A DNA stretch of 61,473 nt, from assembly GCA_028706195.1 (NCBI GenBank), contig JAQWBU010000001.1, positions 1 to 61,473 of the forward strand. Direction: 5' to 3'. The stretch is from Eubacteriales bacterium. GTDB lineage: Bacteria; Bacillota; Clostridia; Saccharofermentanales; DTU023. This document shows, in pieces, positions 39,206 through 48,402 of this stretch. The number at the start of each line of letters is the position of its first letter. Positions within the stretch are counted from its first letter, which is position 1. Made by a program: the position numbers and the translations under genes. Under the pieces are notes generated by a model that was not told the DNA's origin, did not search any database, and saw only the letters and a list, made by a program, of their open reading frames with translations.

Positions 39206-39208
39206 ACG

Positions 39209-39637
39209 ATGCGTTGGTATTTTTTGTGGGGTTTAGTGGCAACTTCCATCATTATATTGGTCTTGTTCATCTTAATGATGATTTCTTTACGCAGAAACTG
39301 GAATCACACAAACCGCTCTGTTTTTTCATTTTTTATTCCCTTATTACTGGTAGTGCTGCTCGTATATCTGGCAGCGAGCCAATTTGCGCCGCGGGTCTTT
39401 GATGCAGTTCAGATAGTCTACGGTCAATATGCCAGCACGGAAATTAACTTAAGCGAAGAAAATTTTGAATACAATCGTATTGTCACCGGGGAAGAGGTGT
39501 TTTATTATCCTCCTTCGCATTTCGAAAACCCGGAAGCCGGCAGGTATCAGATATATTTTACCGAACGCACTAATTACGTCATGAACCTTATTTTCGTGGG
39601 CGAAACTGAAGACATATCCGGAGCTCCTCTGGATTAG
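39209..39637 (+). CDS. Hypothetical two-TM membrane protein
   Basis: The ORF starts 4 nt after ligA and has two hydrophobic helices (LWGLVATSIIILVLFILMMI, FFIPLLLVVLLVYLAA). I recognise no family. Confidence 0.4.
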   Translation: MRWYFLWGLVATSIIILVLFILMMISLRRNWNHTNRSVFSFFIPLLLVVLLVYLAASQFAPRVFDAVQIVYGQYASTEINLSEENFEYNRIVTGEEVFYYPPSHFENPEAGRYQIYFTERTNYVMNLIFVGETEDISGAPLD

Positions 39638-39673
39638 CTCTGATTTTGATCTGATCGAAGTAAATCAGCTAAG

Positions 39674-39695
39674 CCTTGACTAAAATTAGTCAAGG
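39674..39695. promoter_or_regulatory. Perfect 10-bp inverted repeat overlapping the SD of the Spo0A-C-like gene
   Basis: CCTTGACTAA-AA-TTAGTCAAGG. The right arm runs into AAGGAGG (39692-39698). The repeat also contains a TTGACT hexamer. Confidence 0.6.
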
Positions 39696-39706
39696 AGGTG
39701 ATTTAC

Positions 39707-40381
39707 ATGACGAATCAAACTATCATTGCAGCCGATATGCAGAGCGCATACGAACAGAATCTGCGTCGGCCGCATAAGGAGATCGGCCTTTATCTCATCT
39801 CATCTAATCGTGAACTACTGAACCATATCGAAAAAATCATGAACCGCTACGGGGCATTTGGCGTGATGGACGCATCAGGCAGAGTGCACTACCTCTTAGA
39901 CGCGCGAAAAGGTATACCCCTCGCAGAGAAAAAGTTCTATCAAACGATTACGACTTTGCTTGAAGATCATTCGCATGAGCAAATGAATTATCAGCTGGAA
40001 ACACAGAAATTAGTAAATAAGGTATTAAGCAGGTATCACTTCAATCAGGATTTGAGAGGTTACCGGGTTCTCTTTACCATGCTCGAGCTGGGGCTCAAAG
40101 ATTACTCACTCTTAAATCCGATCAGCAAAAGGCTTTATCCGCAGGTAGCCAAAATCTTCCGCGTGACCGCTCCGCAGGTAGAGCGCAACGTCCGCTATCT
40201 CTTCGAGGATCTGGCTATAAGTGAAGCTGCAGCCAGGACAAGTGGTACGGACACAGCTTATCAATTTCTGAGCGATACTGGTTGTCGCCTGCCTGTGGCA
40301 AAGACGGTTGTGAAATTATGGGAAATCTGTCGCCTGGAGGCTGAGGAAACAATGAAATACAAAGAGAAGAAAGTATCTTAA
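39707..40381 (+). CDS. Spo0A C-terminal (DNA-binding) domain-like protein without a receiver domain
   Basis: LRGYRVLFTMLELGLKDYSLLNPISKRLYPQVAKIFRVTAPQVERNVRYLFEDL parallels Spo0A-C (KGYqYLreAI.....ell..iTK.LYP.IAkk..tT.srVERaIRhaIe). The N-terminal ~100 aa are unassigned. ATG 39707 lies 8 nt after GGAGG. Confidence 0.6.
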   Translation: MTNQTIIAADMQSAYEQNLRRPHKEIGLYLISSNRELLNHIEKIMNRYGAFGVMDASGRVHYLLDARKGIPLAEKKFYQTITTLLEDHSHEQMNYQLETQKLVNKVLSRYHFNQDLRGYRVLFTMLELGLKDYSLLNPISKRLYPQVAKIFRVTAPQVERNVRYLFEDLAISEAAARTSGTDTAYQFLSDTGCRLPVAKTVVKLWEICRLEAEETMKYKEKKVS

Positions 40382-40410
40382 TTCAGACTTAAATCTTAAA
40401 GACAAAGACA

Positions 40411-40440
40411 AAAAAACTCCGCCTGCGTAGGCGGAGTTTG
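40411..40440. terminator. Bidirectional intrinsic terminator (Spo0A-C-like gene / hup)
   Basis: AAACTCCGCC-TGCGTA-GGCGGAGTTT flanked by an A-run and a T-run. Confidence 0.8.
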
Positions 40441-40465
40441 CTATTTCAGCTTATCTATTAGAAAT

Positions 40466-40741
40466 TTAGCCGTTAACTCTTTCTTTCAAGTTCTTGCCTG
40501 CTTTGAATACGGGTGCTTTGGATGCAGGGATCATAATCTCTTCTTTTGTTGCAGGATTACGGCCTTTGCGTTCTTTACGTTCGCGAACACTAAAAGTACC
40601 AAATCCGACGAGTACGACTTTCTCTTCTTTGGCAAGAGCATCGGTAATGGTGTCGAGTACGGCGGACACGGCTTTTTCACTGTCTTTTTTTGTTAGTCCA
40701 GTGGACTTTGCAACTGCATTGGTTAAATCTGTTTTATTCAT
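40466..40741 (-). CDS. hup: HU-family DNA-binding protein
   Basis: [87 protein letters not shown]. Confidence 0.93.
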   Translation of the reverse strand: MNKTDLTNAVAKSTGLTKKDSEKAVSAVLDTITDALAKEEKVVLVGFGTFSVRERKERKGRNPATKEEIMIPASKAPVFKAGKNLKERVNG

Positions 40742-40776
40742 ATTAGGGAGCCTCCTTCTGGCAAATATCTTTGAAC

Positions 40777-40806
40777 ATTATGTAGGGAGAAAGATTGATT
40801 TGTCAA
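40777..40806 (-). promoter_or_regulatory. Sigma-70-type promoter of hup
   Basis: On the minus strand: TTGACA (40801-40806), an 18-nt spacer and CATAAT (40777-40782). An AGGAGG SD precedes the ATG. Confidence 0.55.
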
Positions 40807-41005
40807 GCTTTGAAGCCATTTATCAACGAAAAAGGGTGAATTTCGCCCAAAGTGTGAGGAAAAGCGTTCAAAATGACGTATACGCTGATTTTTTGGGCTG
40901 TATAAGTATATGGCAAAATGCTCAAAATCCGCTTGTTTCTTGCATCTTATCCTGCTATCGAGTAAAATTGCTGAAGTGGAAGATTAAAGTAAATATTGAG
41001 GGTTT

Positions 41006-42925
41006 ATGTTAAATAGAAAACGATTAACTCCTAAGAAGATATTTTTATTTGTATACGATCTGGGTGCGACTTTGATAGCCATGCTGCTTGCTATTTTTGT
41101 TACAAATAATGGTGTCATTCCGACGGGGCAATGGCAGATCTTTGTAAACAGCTGGTTTGTGCTGCCAGTTACAGCTCTTATTATTTTTACTTTAGTAGGA
41201 TTTTATGACCAGATGTGGGCTTTCGCCCGCGGTTCTCAATATTTGGTTCTGGTTGCCGGAACTACACTGCAATTAATTCTGTCTGTTCTGGTCATGCAGA
41301 TAATGGATCAGCATTTCAACTTTTCCACCTACGTGGTGTACTGGTTCTTACTTACATCGGCGGTGTTTTTAATCCGTTTTATCTATCGCTTTTATTCGTC
41401 ATCGGTGAGATCAAAGAAGGCCGGCGGCGACAGACAGTCACAGATCAGAGTAATGATAGTAGGTGCCGGGGAGGCGGGATCACAGCTCATAAATGAGCTG
41501 AAAAACTCCATGACCAATCGTGTGCCGCTCCTCTTAATAGACGATAATCCCTTAATCCTGAATTATAAGAACAATGGTGTTCCCGTACTGGGAAACCGGC
41601 ATGATATTCCCGTCCTGGCTGAAAAGTATGACATTGACGAGATTATCATTGCCATGCCATCAGCCTCCAGAAACACGATTCGCTCCATTGTTGATATTTG
41701 CTATCAGACAGAAAGTCGCGTCAGTATTCTTCCTTTTTATACGCAGCTGCAGAACAGTAAAGTTCGTTTGGCGGACGTGCGCGATATTACGATCGAGGAT
41801 TTATTGGGCAGGGACGAGGTTAATCTCAATCTGGAGCAGATTTCCAAATACATCAGGGGCAAAACTGTCTTGGTCACTGGCGGAGGCGGCTCGATCGGAT
41901 CAGAGCTGGTTCGTCAGATCGCTGCCTACAAACCCGCTGTCCTCTTGATATTAGATATATACGAAAACTCGGTATACGACCTGCAGCAGGAATTGCTGAT
42001 GATATACGGAAACAGCCTGAACTTTCAGGTGTTGATAGGATCAGTGCGGGATCAGCGCCGGGTGGCTCAGATATTTAATGAATGGAAGCCTGAATTGGTT
42101 TTCCATGCCGCAGCTCACAAGCATGTCCCGTTGATGGAAGACAATCCCTGTGAAGCTGTGATCAACAACGTCTACGGAACTTATAATGTTGCTCGCCAGG
42201 CCGGCCGCGCGAAAGCTGAACACTTTGTGCTTATCTCCACGGATAAAGCAGTCAACCCCACTAATGTTATGGGCGCCACCAAGAGAATGTGCGAAATAAT
42301 TACCCTGGCATTGAACAAAGTATTTAAGAGCACAAATTTTGCCGCAGTTCGTTTCGGTAATGTATTAGGGAGCAACGGCAGTGTTATCCCGCTGTTCGAA
42401 CGTCAGATCAAGGAACAGAAGCGGGTTACGGTCACAGATCCTGAAGTGACACGTTACTTCATGACTATTTCCGAAGCCTCCAGCCTGGTTTTGCAGGCTA
42501 GCGCTTATGCTCAGGGCGGGGAGATTTTTGTTCTTGATATGGGCAGACCGGTAAAGATCATTGACCTGGCCAAGGATTTGATTCGCCTTTCAGGCTTTAT
42601 TCCGGATGAAGAAATCCCGATAGACATTATTGGTCTGCGTCCCGGTGAAAAACTGCATGAAGAACTCTATCTCGACCAAGAAGAGACGGTTCAAACCGAG
42701 AACGAAAAAATAATGACATTGCAGCAGGTTGAAGACACCCTCTATTTAAAAGATGAAGTACAGCATTTGATGCGCTTATGCCGTTGTAACTCAGTCGGCT
42801 TGCGGCCTTTTATGGATGCAATACTTTGCATTCTGCGTGAATGTGAAGAGAAATCCCCTGATGAGTTGAAACCGCTTTTGCCCGAAATTCCTGATGAAAA
42901 GTCTGTAATAGTTCAGGCAAATTGA
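41006..42925 (+). CDS. Membrane-anchored polysaccharide biosynthesis protein CapD/PglF-type (NDP-sugar 4,6-dehydratase/epimerase)
   Basis: Four N-terminal TM helices. VGAGEAGSQL, VTGGGGSIGSEL, HAAAHKHVPLME and STDKAVNPTNVMGATKR. Confidence 0.88.
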   Translation: MLNRKRLTPKKIFLFVYDLGATLIAMLLAIFVTNNGVIPTGQWQIFVNSWFVLPVTALIIFTLVGFYDQMWAFARGSQYLVLVAGTTLQLILSVLVMQIMDQHFNFSTYVVYWFLLTSAVFLIRFIYRFYSSSVRSKKAGGDRQSQIRVMIVGAGEAGSQLINELKNSMTNRVPLLLIDDNPLILNYKNNGVPVLGNRHDIPVLAEKYDIDEIIIAMPSASRNTIRSIVDICYQTESRVSILPFYTQLQNSKVRLADVRDITIEDLLGRDEVNLNLEQISKYIRGKTVLVTGGGGSIGSELVRQIAAYKPAVLLILDIYENSVYDLQQELLMIYGNSLNFQVLIGSVRDQRRVAQIFNEWKPELVFHAAAHKHVPLMEDNPCEAVINNVYGTYNVARQAGRAKAEHFVLISTDKAVNPTNVMGATKRMCEIITLALNKVFKSTNFAAVRFGNVLGSNGSVIPLFERQIKEQKRVTVTDPEVTRYFMTISEASSLVLQASAYAQGGEIFVLDMGRPVKIIDLAKDLIRLSGFIPDEEIPIDIIGLRPGEKLHEELYLDQEETVQTENEKIMTLQQVEDTLYLKDEVQHLMRLCRCNSVGLRPFMDAILCILRECEEKSPDELKPLLPEIPDEKSVIVQAN

Positions 42926-42945
42926 ACTGAGAAAGAATAATTAAT

Positions 42946-44763
42946 TTGTCTTTTGCTGATCTGGCACATTTGGCCCGTTACGGCTTTGCTATTCTGGTCG
43001 TTCCAGTCGCAGTAATACTGTTGACAAAGAGTCTGCGCGATTTTATCCAACGTATGAAATATGCCCGTATGCCTGTCAGGGGCTTTTTTCTACTGGCCTC
43101 AGACCCGCTTGATGAAGAACTGGTAAGACCGCTGCCTCTGTATCACACAACTCTGATCGGTTCCTCGAAATCTGCCGATATTCGCGTTAAGGGCAAAGGA
43201 GTCGCAAGACGTAATGCGATGATCTATTATTTTGACCGTCGCTGGTACCTTGAGCCCACATCTCAGGCCTTATTGTTTTTAAATCATAAGGAAATCAAGG
43301 AGAGAACAGAGATTCGTCAGGGAGATGTTATTGGCATCGGTACCCAGCAATTTTCCTTTGTCGTTGATATCAGCGCTATAGAGGAGAGTGGCCTGACTGA
43401 AGAGCTTCTCGCTGAACCGAAAGGCCGCAGCTGGATGTCGGGGATTCTGATTGTTTTGCTTCAGCTTGCCGGGACGGCGATGATCTATGCCGGTATGCAA
43501 AACACGGTGACGGAAGAGCTGTCACTTTTGGTTGTGATCGTTCTGGCTGTCTTATTTCTTTTTGCTCAATTACTTTATTTGTCGATGTCACGACTTACTC
43601 CGGGTTTTGATGAAAGCATCTGGCACAGCGTGATGCTCTTAAGCACCTTAGGTATTTTACTGCAAACCCGCCTGCTGTTTCTTTCGCGACGCTTTCCTGA
43701 CTGGATTGAAGGTTACACGATGGAGGAGTGGTTTGGCAGCCTGAGATCGGTTTTCTTCAATCAGACAGTAGCAATTTTTATAGGATTAATACTTTTCCCT
43801 CTGATCTTATTACTGGTTCGGCGCACCAGTATTCTGGAGAAACTGGCTCCTTTTTGCTTTGTGCTTACACCGCTCTTGTACCTGATTACTCTCTTTATGG
43901 GCAGCGGCAGCGACACACATGGAGCGGGCTTATGGATTAATCTGCCTGGTGGCTCTTCTCTTCAATTGACTGAATTTGCGAAAATTACCTGGATCATTGT
44001 TCTGGCGAACTTCTTTAAGGCGCGGGCAAGCAAACGTAATATCATAATTTTTGCTGTCTGGGCAGGTGTAAATGCGGTATTAGTACTCCTGCTGCCGGAT
44101 TTGGGGTCTCTGATGGTACTTCTGCCCACAACACTGATAGTTTTCGCAATCATGACTTCGGAGTTTCTGATTTCTTTTCTCGCTCTGGCAGGAGCTTCAG
44201 TAGTGGGGGTTTTGGCTTATAACGCGTTGCCTTATGTGCAGCGTCGCCTGTACGGGTGGGTCTCATTATGGGAGGAACTGAATGACTATAACCGCCAGAT
44301 CATTTACGGTCTGCAAGCAGTAGGGCGTGGAGGATTATTTGGTCGGGGTATGGGGAACGGATCTCCTGAGGGTATTCCGCTGGCCAGTTCGGATATGATT
44401 TTTGCCATTCTCTGGGAAGAAATGGGTCTGCTGATCGCTATTTCTGTTATCGCGCTTTTCTTTGTAATCTGGCTGCGTTCGGCTTCAGCCATTACCACTG
44501 CCAGGGATGGTTTTACCTCAAGTTTGATTTTGGGCTTGAGTAGCTGTCTTTTAATGGAAGCTCTAATAGTCATTGGTGGCACCACGGGACTGATACCTCT
44601 GACCGGGGTCACGTTGCCTTTTATCGCCAGAGGCGGCAGCTCAATAGTGGCGAAATGGATTATGGCAGCTCTTCTGGTGGGGACGGTGGCCCGCTCACGC
44701 AGTTTGTCAATCAGCCGGAAAGCGCAGAAACAGTATAAGAAAGAGCTGGAGGCCAGGTCGTGA
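42946..44763 (+). CDS. FHA-like domain fused to an FtsW/RodA/SpoVE (SEDS) family protein
   Basis: Residues ~60-140 have an FHA-type beta-sandwich pattern (TLIGSSKSADIRVKGKGVARRNAMIYYFDRRWYLEP...LNHKEI...IRQGDVIGIGTQQFSF). About 9 TM helices follow, with SEDS motifs (LQLTEFAKI, LLPDLGS, GRGMGNGSPEGIPLASSDMIFA, GVTLPFIARGGSS). TTG start. Confidence 0.8.
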   Translation: MSFADLAHLARYGFAILVVPVAVILLTKSLRDFIQRMKYARMPVRGFFLLASDPLDEELVRPLPLYHTTLIGSSKSADIRVKGKGVARRNAMIYYFDRRWYLEPTSQALLFLNHKEIKERTEIRQGDVIGIGTQQFSFVVDISAIEESGLTEELLAEPKGRSWMSGILIVLLQLAGTAMIYAGMQNTVTEELSLLVVIVLAVLFLFAQLLYLSMSRLTPGFDESIWHSVMLLSTLGILLQTRLLFLSRRFPDWIEGYTMEEWFGSLRSVFFNQTVAIFIGLILFPLILLLVRRTSILEKLAPFCFVLTPLLYLITLFMGSGSDTHGAGLWINLPGGSSLQLTEFAKITWIIVLANFFKARASKRNIIIFAVWAGVNAVLVLLLPDLGSLMVLLPTTLIVFAIMTSEFLISFLALAGASVVGVLAYNALPYVQRRLYGWVSLWEELNDYNRQIIYGLQAVGRGGLFGRGMGNGSPEGIPLASSDMIFAILWEEMGLLIAISVIALFFVIWLRSASAITTARDGFTSSLILGLSSCLLMEALIVIGGTTGLIPLTGVTLPFIARGGSSIVAKWIMAALLVGTVARSRSLSISRKAQKQYKKELEARS

Positions 44764-46160
44764 AGCAGCTGCGTCGCAATATTAAGATATTTCTAGTAGT
44801 CTTTCTTGCTTTATTTGTGCTGTTCACAGGAGGAGTGGTTCTGCAAAGTCAGCGCGCGCGCACGACCCTATATGCTTCTTCAGGTGAGAATCGGGCTGCT
44901 TTGGCGCAACGGTATGCACAGGCGGGAAGCATCATTTCCGCCGACGGTGAAATTCTGGCCGCATCCGACGCTGATGGCAGAAGAAGTTACAACAGTGATC
45001 CGCTACTGGCGGAGGCTGCCCTGCATGTGGTGGGGGATTACACGCACAATATAACCCACACGGTTGAATCTTTATGGCAAAACGAGCTTCTGGGTGAGGG
45101 AAGAGCCTTGATAGAGCAATTACGACTTGATTTACAGGGTCGGGGTCTGCAGGGAAACGACTTAAGGCTCACACTGCGCAGTGACCTGATGAAAACAGCT
45201 TATCAACTGCTGGGAGGTAGAAGGGGAGCAGCTGTAGTAATCAATTACGAAAGTGGTGCTGTATTAGCCTCGGTGTCTTCACCCTCAGTACATCCGGATC
45301 AGGTGGTAGCCTGGCGGGACATGCCGGATACAGCGCTTTTTAACCGTGCTTTTCAGGGTAGATATTTGCCCGGCTCCACCTTTAAAATTGTCACTGCGGC
45401 GGCCCTACTGCAAAGTCCTTATTCAACTGAGGAAAGTGTCTATTGCCAAGGCACTACGCCTCTGATGCCGGGCGGAGTAAATGAGACTCATAGCAACGCC
45501 GGCCATGGCGAAGTCAACCTTCAAAGCGCTATGACACAGTCCTGCAATCATTACTTCGGCCATATCGCTTTGGAACTGGGAGATCAACGGGTGACCAGAG
45601 CAGCGGAGCAAATGGCTTTTAATGAACAGATAAGTTTTGATCGCTTTTCTCTGAGTAAAAGTCAGTGTCTGATCGGCCGGGAAGACGATGCCGCTCTGAC
45701 CTGGGCCGGTATCGGTCAGCCGGCCGGTGAAGATAGGATTACAGCGAGTCCCTTACATCTGGCTATGATTTCAGGGATGATTGCCAATAACGGCAGAATG
45801 ACGGAACCGTATCTAATTGATTCCATCATTTACCCTTCAGGAAACGAAAGTGTTATCAGCAGAGGGGATATCGTGGCACAGATAGATCCGGGTCTGGCTC
45901 AGCAACTGGAGGATTTACTGCGCCAGGTTGTCAGCAGCGGAACAGGCGTCAACGCGCAGGTTTCCGGCTTGGATGTCTGCGGGAAAACAGGTACTGCCGA
46001 ACGCTTCAATGAGGAAGGCGAGCCAGTGATCTCCAGTCTCTTTACCGGCTTCAGCAGTAATCAGGATTATCCCTATGCTGTAGCTGTAGTGCTGGATGAT
46101 ACAACGTATGGTTCATCTGCCATAGCCGGGCAACTTCTGGCAGCTGCTGCTAATCACTAG
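44760..46160 (+). CDS. Class B penicillin-binding protein (transpeptidase, PbpA-like)
   Basis: GTGA overlap with the SEDS gene. N-terminal TM. SxxK in PGSTFKIV, SxN in QSCNHYF, and KTGT in GKTGTAE. Confidence 0.88.
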   Translation: MKQLRRNIKIFLVVFLALFVLFTGGVVLQSQRARTTLYASSGENRAALAQRYAQAGSIISADGEILAASDADGRRSYNSDPLLAEAALHVVGDYTHNITHTVESLWQNELLGEGRALIEQLRLDLQGRGLQGNDLRLTLRSDLMKTAYQLLGGRRGAAVVINYESGAVLASVSSPSVHPDQVVAWRDMPDTALFNRAFQGRYLPGSTFKIVTAAALLQSPYSTEESVYCQGTTPLMPGGVNETHSNAGHGEVNLQSAMTQSCNHYFGHIALELGDQRVTRAAEQMAFNEQISFDRFSLSKSQCLIGREDDAALTWAGIGQPAGEDRITASPLHLAMISGMIANNGRMTEPYLIDSIIYPSGNESVISRGDIVAQIDPGLAQQLEDLLRQVVSSGTGVNAQVSGLDVCGKTGTAERFNEEGEPVISSLFTGFSSNQDYPYAVAVVLDDTTYGSSAIAGQLLAAAANH

Positions 46161-46161
46161 A

Positions 46162-46800
46162 TCAGGGATTGGGGTTTTCGCCGCCGCCGCCGAAGAAAGG
46201 ACTGGTGTAGAGTGGATTACCCTGATCTTCAGGATCTTTCGGATCAAGAGCTCCCTGCCCCATATCACTGTTGCCTTCAACAATGGTGATATCATCTTCC
46301 GTTAATCGCAGACTTAGTGCCCCATCCACCTTTTTCCATAAGCTAACCAAACCGTCACGTCCGGGAAACTGGTCGGAATACCAGCTGTCCAGATCGCCTG
46401 AAGTTTCTCCGGAAAAAATGGATTCGCTATCTATCTTGGGGAATTGAGCCAACGCCCGGTTTTCACGGGCAGATATTTCTTTATCCGGGATGAGGAGAGT
46501 CATTATGCCGACAAGAATCAGTGCAGCCAGAAAGCTTGCGTAAATGATGACACTGTTTAGGTGCGTTGTTTTGTTCTGATACACTTCTGCTGCAGGGCGG
46601 CCGGATGAATTTCTGCGTTTTTTCACTTTGCTCCTGGGTTCAGGAGGCATTATGATTTCTTCCAGCCAGGGATTTGTGTACTCACGGTTTTCTTGAGATT
46701 TACCAGAATGTTTCGACTCATTTTGAGAGGATCTTAGCTGTGGAGATCTAATCCCGCTGATCCTGGATGGCCTAATATTTTTATGATTATCAGTTTTCAT
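46162..46800 (-). CDS. DHHW-family-like protein, N-terminal part only
   Basis: A TM helix, then ENRALAQFPKIDSESIFSGETSGDLDSWYSDQFPGRDGLVSLW, the typical DHHW-family N-terminal block. There is no DHHW motif and no His anywhere after the TM. It lies downstream of an MBOAT gene. Confidence 0.5.
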   Translation of the reverse strand: MKTDNHKNIRPSRISGIRSPQLRSSQNESKHSGKSQENREYTNPWLEEIIMPPEPRSKVKKRRNSSGRPAAEVYQNKTTHLNSVIIYASFLAALILVGIMTLLIPDKEISARENRALAQFPKIDSESIFSGETSGDLDSWYSDQFPGRDGLVSLWKKVDGALSLRLTEDDITIVEGNSDMGQGALDPKDPEDQGNPLYTSPFFGGGGENPNP

Positions 46801-46817
46801 CTTTTACTCCTATGACT

Positions 46818-48248
46818 CTAGAAACGGAAATAGAGAAATGGATTAAATCCGGATGCAACCAGCGACATGGTGCAGAAAAACAATATGCCCATGTAGACGA
46901 TCGAACTGCTGATACCGTACAACGGTTCTTTGCTTTTAACAGTTACCATTAAGCGCTTCACGGGTTTCTTACTTCTCAGCCAGGGCAGGAGGGGCATTGC
47001 CAGAATAAATGCAATGACAACGAATATGAGATGATTTTGCAACATAACAACACCACGGTTAGTAACAAAATCACTGCGTGGCTGGAACATCCGCTGTAAT
47101 AGCGTAGCTATCCCCGACATGGATTCCATTTTGAAGAAAACCCAGCCCAAGATGAAGCTCATCCAGGTATAGATATGTCCGATGATTGCAGGAAGCTTTT
47201 CCAGCCACCTCAGCAGGAACAATTTTTCTACAGTTAGAAGAACGAAATAATAGATACCCCAGAGGACAAAGTTCCAGGCTGCGCCATGCCATAATCCGGT
47301 CAAAGACCAGACTATAAACATATTCAGTATTTGACGCGGAAGCCCTAAGCGGTTACCCCCTAAAGGGATGTAGACGTAATCGCGGAAGAAGGTGCTGAGC
47401 GATATATGCCAGCGCCGCCAGAAATCCGTCACACTTCTGGCAACATAGGGGTAGTTGAAGTTTTCTTTAAAGCGAAAGCCGAACATGTGTCCAAGACCTA
47501 TTGCCATATCGGAGTAACCCGAAAAATCAAAATAAATCTGAATAGTGAAGGACAGGATGCCTATCCAGGCTTCCAGGCCATCCAGGCTGGACAAGCGCGT
47601 CGATTCCAAAGTAAGGGCGACAATTTCAGCGGCGTGGTTGGCGATAAGCACTTTCTTTGCCAGTCCTATCAGGAAACGGCCTATTCCCTGGGCTGTCTCT
47701 TCAAAGCTGATGCGGCGCCCGTCGATTTGTTCCGCTATGTCTGAATAGCGCACAATGGGCCCGGCGATCAGTTGCGGGAACAAAGAAACGTAGAGCATGA
47801 GCTTGTAGAAATTTTTCTGAACAGCAGCCTCTCCACGGTACACATCAATAATGTAGGTTAAGGTCTGAAAGGTATAGAAAGATATACCGATGGGTAGAGA
47901 AAATGTATTTTCAGGTAAAGATGTACCCACAATGTCATTGATTGTGGCAAAAAAGAAACCGGAATATTTAAAAACGGCCAGCGCGGTGAGGCACAGAACG
48001 ATGGACAGCGTCAGCCAGATTCTTGCTACCGCTTTACTTCTACTGCGCTCCATTGCCAGGACTAAAAGCCAGACTCCGAAGACAGTTGCGATCATCAGGA
48101 GAACCCAGACCGGTTCGCCCCAGGCATAGAAAAAGAGTGAAAACAGGAGCAAAATGACATTCTGAGCCTTGACTGTACGCACTAAGCGTGTCGCGATGAT
48201 ACACAGCGGCAGGAAGGCATATAGAAAGATTAAACTAGAAAATACCAT
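46818..48248 (-). CDS. MBOAT-family membrane O-acyltransferase (AlgI/DltB-like)
   Basis: MVFSSLIFLYAFLPL..., FSLPIGISFYTFQ, AGPIVRY and DFWRRWHISLSTFFRDYVYIPLGGNR. The internal ATG 48248 is preferred over 48296. Confidence 0.88.
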   Translation of the reverse strand: MVFSSLIFLYAFLPLCIIATRLVRTVKAQNVILLLFSLFFYAWGEPVWVLLMIATVFGVWLLVLAMERSRSKAVARIWLTLSIVLCLTALAVFKYSGFFFATINDIVGTSLPENTFSLPIGISFYTFQTLTYIIDVYRGEAAVQKNFYKLMLYVSLFPQLIAGPIVRYSDIAEQIDGRRISFEETAQGIGRFLIGLAKKVLIANHAAEIVALTLESTRLSSLDGLEAWIGILSFTIQIYFDFSGYSDMAIGLGHMFGFRFKENFNYPYVARSVTDFWRRWHISLSTFFRDYVYIPLGGNRLGLPRQILNMFIVWSLTGLWHGAAWNFVLWGIYYFVLLTVEKLFLLRWLEKLPAIIGHIYTWMSFILGWVFFKMESMSGIATLLQRMFQPRSDFVTNRGVVMLQNHLIFVVIAFILAMPLLPWLRSKKPVKRLMVTVKSKEPLYGISSSIVYMGILFFCTMSLVASGFNPFLYFRF

Positions 48249-48402
48249 ACAACTCCAAATAAGCTCAACGCAGGAAGAATTTAACAAATTGATCAACGAT
48301 TATCATAATCTAACGTAATCAAAGTGACAAGCAAAGAGTTTACTTTTCAACTATAGTAATATTAATTGAAACGTAGATATGCAGCTTGCAAAGGAGCCTT
48401 TT

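Noticed and set aside
40494-41012. 172-aa + strand ORF across hup and its promoter.
   Set aside because: It is antisense to an unmistakable HU gene, continues through the hup promoter region, and has no SD.
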